Below, piece by piece: positions 61,360 through 64,000 of a stretch of DNA of 64,000 nt. The notes under the pieces are model-generated. The model was not told the DNA's origin and searched no databases. It worked only from the letters and a program-made list of their open reading frames with translations. The translations under genes were made by a program, and so were the position numbers. Each line of letters begins with the position of its first letter. The first letter of the stretch is position 1. The stretch is from Ignavibacteriota bacterium (GTDB lineage: Bacteria > Bacteroidota > Ignavibacteria > UBA10030 > CAVZMI01), in assembly GCA_963776275.1 (NCBI GenBank), contig CAVZMI010000020.1:128001-192000 (forward strand). Direction: 5' to 3'.

Positions 61360-62556
61360 ATGAAAAACAGTAATTTCATATTAAAACTTTTCATATTCAT
61401 ATTCTTTTTCGACCTATCATACAGTCAACCTTATCAACAATGGGGAGGATTGGATCCGGGACCGTATGCGATTGGTTACAAAGTTATACAAAGAGTTGAT
61501 CACTCACGGACATTCGGCGTACGAATCGATCAACCGAATAAAGTCAATCTCGATGATCATCCCCGTCCACTGCAGGTCAACATCTGGTATCCGGCACTCA
61601 AAACCGACAGCACTGAGCAGATGGGATACGAAGAATATATTGAATGGATCGGAACAATTGGAAAATACCATGCCTTGAATGACGAAACCAAAAAAGCAGG
61701 CAAGGATGAATTTTATAAATACTTCGTTGATCGTGGAGTTCCGAAAGAAAAACTGTATGAATTAATGAAGATGCACACGGCCGTCGTAAAAAACGGCCAG
61801 CAAGAGAAAGGTTCTTTTCCACTCATCCTCTTCGCGCCGGGAATTGGCGATTCACCGGCGATGCATACTATCATTTGCGAATACCTTGCGAGTTATGGGT
61901 ATATTATTGCAAGTTTGCCGTCCATGGGATGGATATCCCGCGAAATGGATCTCACAACCCTGGGTATTGAAACACAGGTGCGGGATCTCGAATGCACCAT
62001 CACGCTGATGTGTGAATATCCTTATGTCGATATGCACAGAATCGGAGTCGTAGGATTCAGTTTTGGGAGCTGCGCTGCATTGATACTCGCAATGCGCAAT
62101 ATCGATCTCGACGCTGTGGTAAGCCTTGATGGTTCCATTGGTTTCAAAGACAGGATTGCTCTGGTGAAGGAATCTCCTTTTTACTCTCCGGAAAATGTCC
62201 GCATCCCTTTTCTGCATATCAATGTCATGGAAAATAAAAGGAACAGCCTCAGCATTATCGATTCCCTGCGCTCTTCTCACCGGACCATCGTGAGCATCAA
62301 AGGGATCGGGCATATTAATTTTACTTCGATAGGCATGATTGCCGGGGTGATTCCCGGATTCTGGAAGTCCGTTGAGCCGAATGCAAAACTTGGATACGAG
62401 ACAATGTGTCGGTATACACTCCATTTTCTTAATGCGCATATTAAAGAAGAAAAGAAGGATCTCAAGTTCCTGCAGAACACACCACAGGAGAATAACCTTC
62501 CTGCTGGTTTTATAGTCATTCGAGTTGCTAAGCCGGATGTAGTGCAGAATCGCTGA
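61360..62556 (+). CDS. secreted alpha/beta hydrolase (dienelactone hydrolase/PAF-AH-like)
   Basis: signal peptide; IWYPA, LAS.GY, GFSFG nucleophile elbow, SLDG, H..F. Confidence 0.8.
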   Translation: MKNSNFILKLFIFIFFFDLSYSQPYQQWGGLDPGPYAIGYKVIQRVDHSRTFGVRIDQPNKVNLDDHPRPLQVNIWYPALKTDSTEQMGYEEYIEWIGTIGKYHALNDETKKAGKDEFYKYFVDRGVPKEKLYELMKMHTAVVKNGQQEKGSFPLILFAPGIGDSPAMHTIICEYLASYGYIIASLPSMGWISREMDLTTLGIETQVRDLECTITLMCEYPYVDMHRIGVVGFSFGSCAALILAMRNIDLDAVVSLDGSIGFKDRIALVKESPFYSPENVRIPFLHINVMENKRNSLSIIDSLRSSHRTIVSIKGIGHINFTSIGMIAGVIPGFWKSVEPNAKLGYETMCRYTLHFLNAHIKEEKKDLKFLQNTPQENNLPAGFIVIRVAKPDVVQNR

Positions 62557-62573
62557 TCCAAGAAATAATTCTT

Positions 62574-63908
62574 ATGAATGATATTCAATCACTCCATCGC
62601 GGTAAGAAAAATACACCGGCAATTAATTTTATTGTCCTGTTGATCATCTCGCAACTACTCTACTGTTCTCTATATATTCCCGTTCTTGCTCCAATCCAAA
62701 GGTTTGTCGCTGTTTCGATTCTGAACAGTGCCATCTATCTTGGCGTGTGTCTCATAATCTATCGTAACAGGATGCTTTTTACCGATTCATCTGTATGGTT
62801 GATAATTCTTATTGGAATTATATTGCGCACCTCGGTACTATTCCTTGAGCCGACAGCATCGGATGATATCTACCGGTATATCTGGGACGGGAAGGTGCAG
62901 TCACATGGGATCAATCCGTATCTATATACACCATCAGATGAAGCATTGCGGCATTTGCATTCCGAGATGCTTCCCGGACTGGTAAATTTTCCCACGATGA
63001 AAACTATCTATCCACCGGTTGCCGAATGGATATTTTGGATTACATACAAAATCTTTGGGGAAAGCATTCTGGGTTTTAAGATCCCGCTGATGATTGCTGA
63101 AATCGCGACTCTTTTTTTGTTTCGTTCACTTCTCCGGCAGTTAAAGCTCCCTGCTGGATGGAGCGCACTCTATGCCTTCTGTCCTCTTCCGATCATGCAG
63201 TTCATGATTGACGGCCACCTGGATGCTCTGGGCTTGCCCTTTGTACTGCTTTTTATTCTTCTTTGGATTCGTCAGAAAAACCTTCTGGCACTCATATCTC
63301 TCGGGATTGCATCGGCGATAAAACTCGTTCCGCTCATTCTCATTCCCTTTGCATTCAAAGAACTACGCGGATGGAAACGACTGCTGGCTGTCGTCGTGCC
63401 GCTTGGAATCCTGGGAATATTCTATTTTCCCTATGTATTCGGACAGGGTGCGCCATTCGAGATGCTCGGTGTTTTTTCCTCGCGATGGGAATTCAATGGT
63501 TCGATCTTCCATTTATTATACCCTATAGTACAGGACAATACCCCCGTGCATTATATCTGTACGGTATTGTTTCTTCTGTGGGTTGGATTTCTTTACTTTC
63601 GGAATCTTCAATTTCTCGATTCACTCCGGCTTACAGTTTTCGGTTTCTTCATTTTCGCTCCTACGGTACACCCTTGGTATCTTTCCTGGCTTGCGGTTTT
63701 ACTGCCGTTACAATTCCGATGGAGCACGGCAGTATTTGTTGCTGTTGTCTCACTTGCAAATATAGTTGTCATTAATTACAGATTAATCGGCGTGTGGCAG
63801 GAATCGACAATTTTACTTTTTATAGAATACGGAATACTGGCGGCTGTGATGATCCGGGAATATTATCATTTCAAAAAAGAGCGAAATTATACTCAACAAA
63901 TATCTTGA
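62574..63908 (+). CDS. membrane glycosyltransferase (GT87/DUF2029, GT-C fold)
   Basis: SDDIYRYIWDG...GINPY, TIYPP, GHLD and PTVHPWY motifs; multiple TM helices. Confidence 0.85.
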   Translation: MNDIQSLHRGKKNTPAINFIVLLIISQLLYCSLYIPVLAPIQRFVAVSILNSAIYLGVCLIIYRNRMLFTDSSVWLIILIGIILRTSVLFLEPTASDDIYRYIWDGKVQSHGINPYLYTPSDEALRHLHSEMLPGLVNFPTMKTIYPPVAEWIFWITYKIFGESILGFKIPLMIAEIATLFLFRSLLRQLKLPAGWSALYAFCPLPIMQFMIDGHLDALGLPFVLLFILLWIRQKNLLALISLGIASAIKLVPLILIPFAFKELRGWKRLLAVVVPLGILGIFYFPYVFGQGAPFEMLGVFSSRWEFNGSIFHLLYPIVQDNTPVHYICTVLFLLWVGFLYFRNLQFLDSLRLTVFGFFIFAPTVHPWYLSWLAVLLPLQFRWSTAVFVAVVSLANIVVINYRLIGVWQESTILLFIEYGILAAVMIREYYHFKKERNYTQQIS

Positions 63909-64000
63909 TACGGGATGAATGAATCCTTACCTTAAAGAATCAATAGTCCAAATAATAACATTCAATCAGCATATATCCCATGGAATATCTTAACGAAGCG

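Overview
A 64-kb chromosomal window, most likely from an Ignavibacteria-like (Bacteroidota/Chlorobiota/FCB) bacterium, judged from a PorV-family gene and a T9SS type A C-terminal domain. It is mostly housekeeping: Sua5/YciO, pfkA, fni, polyprenyl synthase, ptsH/ptsI, PGI/PMI, an ECF sigma/anti-sigma operon, queF, HU, tig-clpP-clpX, pdp, pyrE, murI, glnD, arfB, ubiE/menG, rlmD, two ABC-F proteins and tRNA-Pro(UGG). Main points of interest: (1) an archaeal-type PolB2 (Dpo2-like) cassette (inactive RadA/ImuA-like gene, small helical partner, PolB2) divergent from SRAP and next to DUF72 and a DinB-superfamily gene, with tandem ACGACA-N4-TGTCGT palindromes over the DUF72 promoter; this is a candidate DNA-damage mutagenesis module. 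(2) A minimal tRNA-Pro-anchored GIY-YIG element closed by a duplicated tRNA 3' half that carries a hairpin inserted in its T-loop. (3) Two cassettes (AbiE toxin-antitoxin; HI0933 flavoprotein) each bracketed by a duplicate of the 5' end of the downstream gene. (4) A 287-bp MITE with a 4-bp target duplication and many nested REP-like palindromes, one cluster in frame within an ORF. (5) A triplicated ~150-aa secreted module. Five genes (clpX, murI, glnD, rlmD, a T9SS protein) carry single frameshifts, most likely assembly errors. All calls come from motif recognition; no database search was run.
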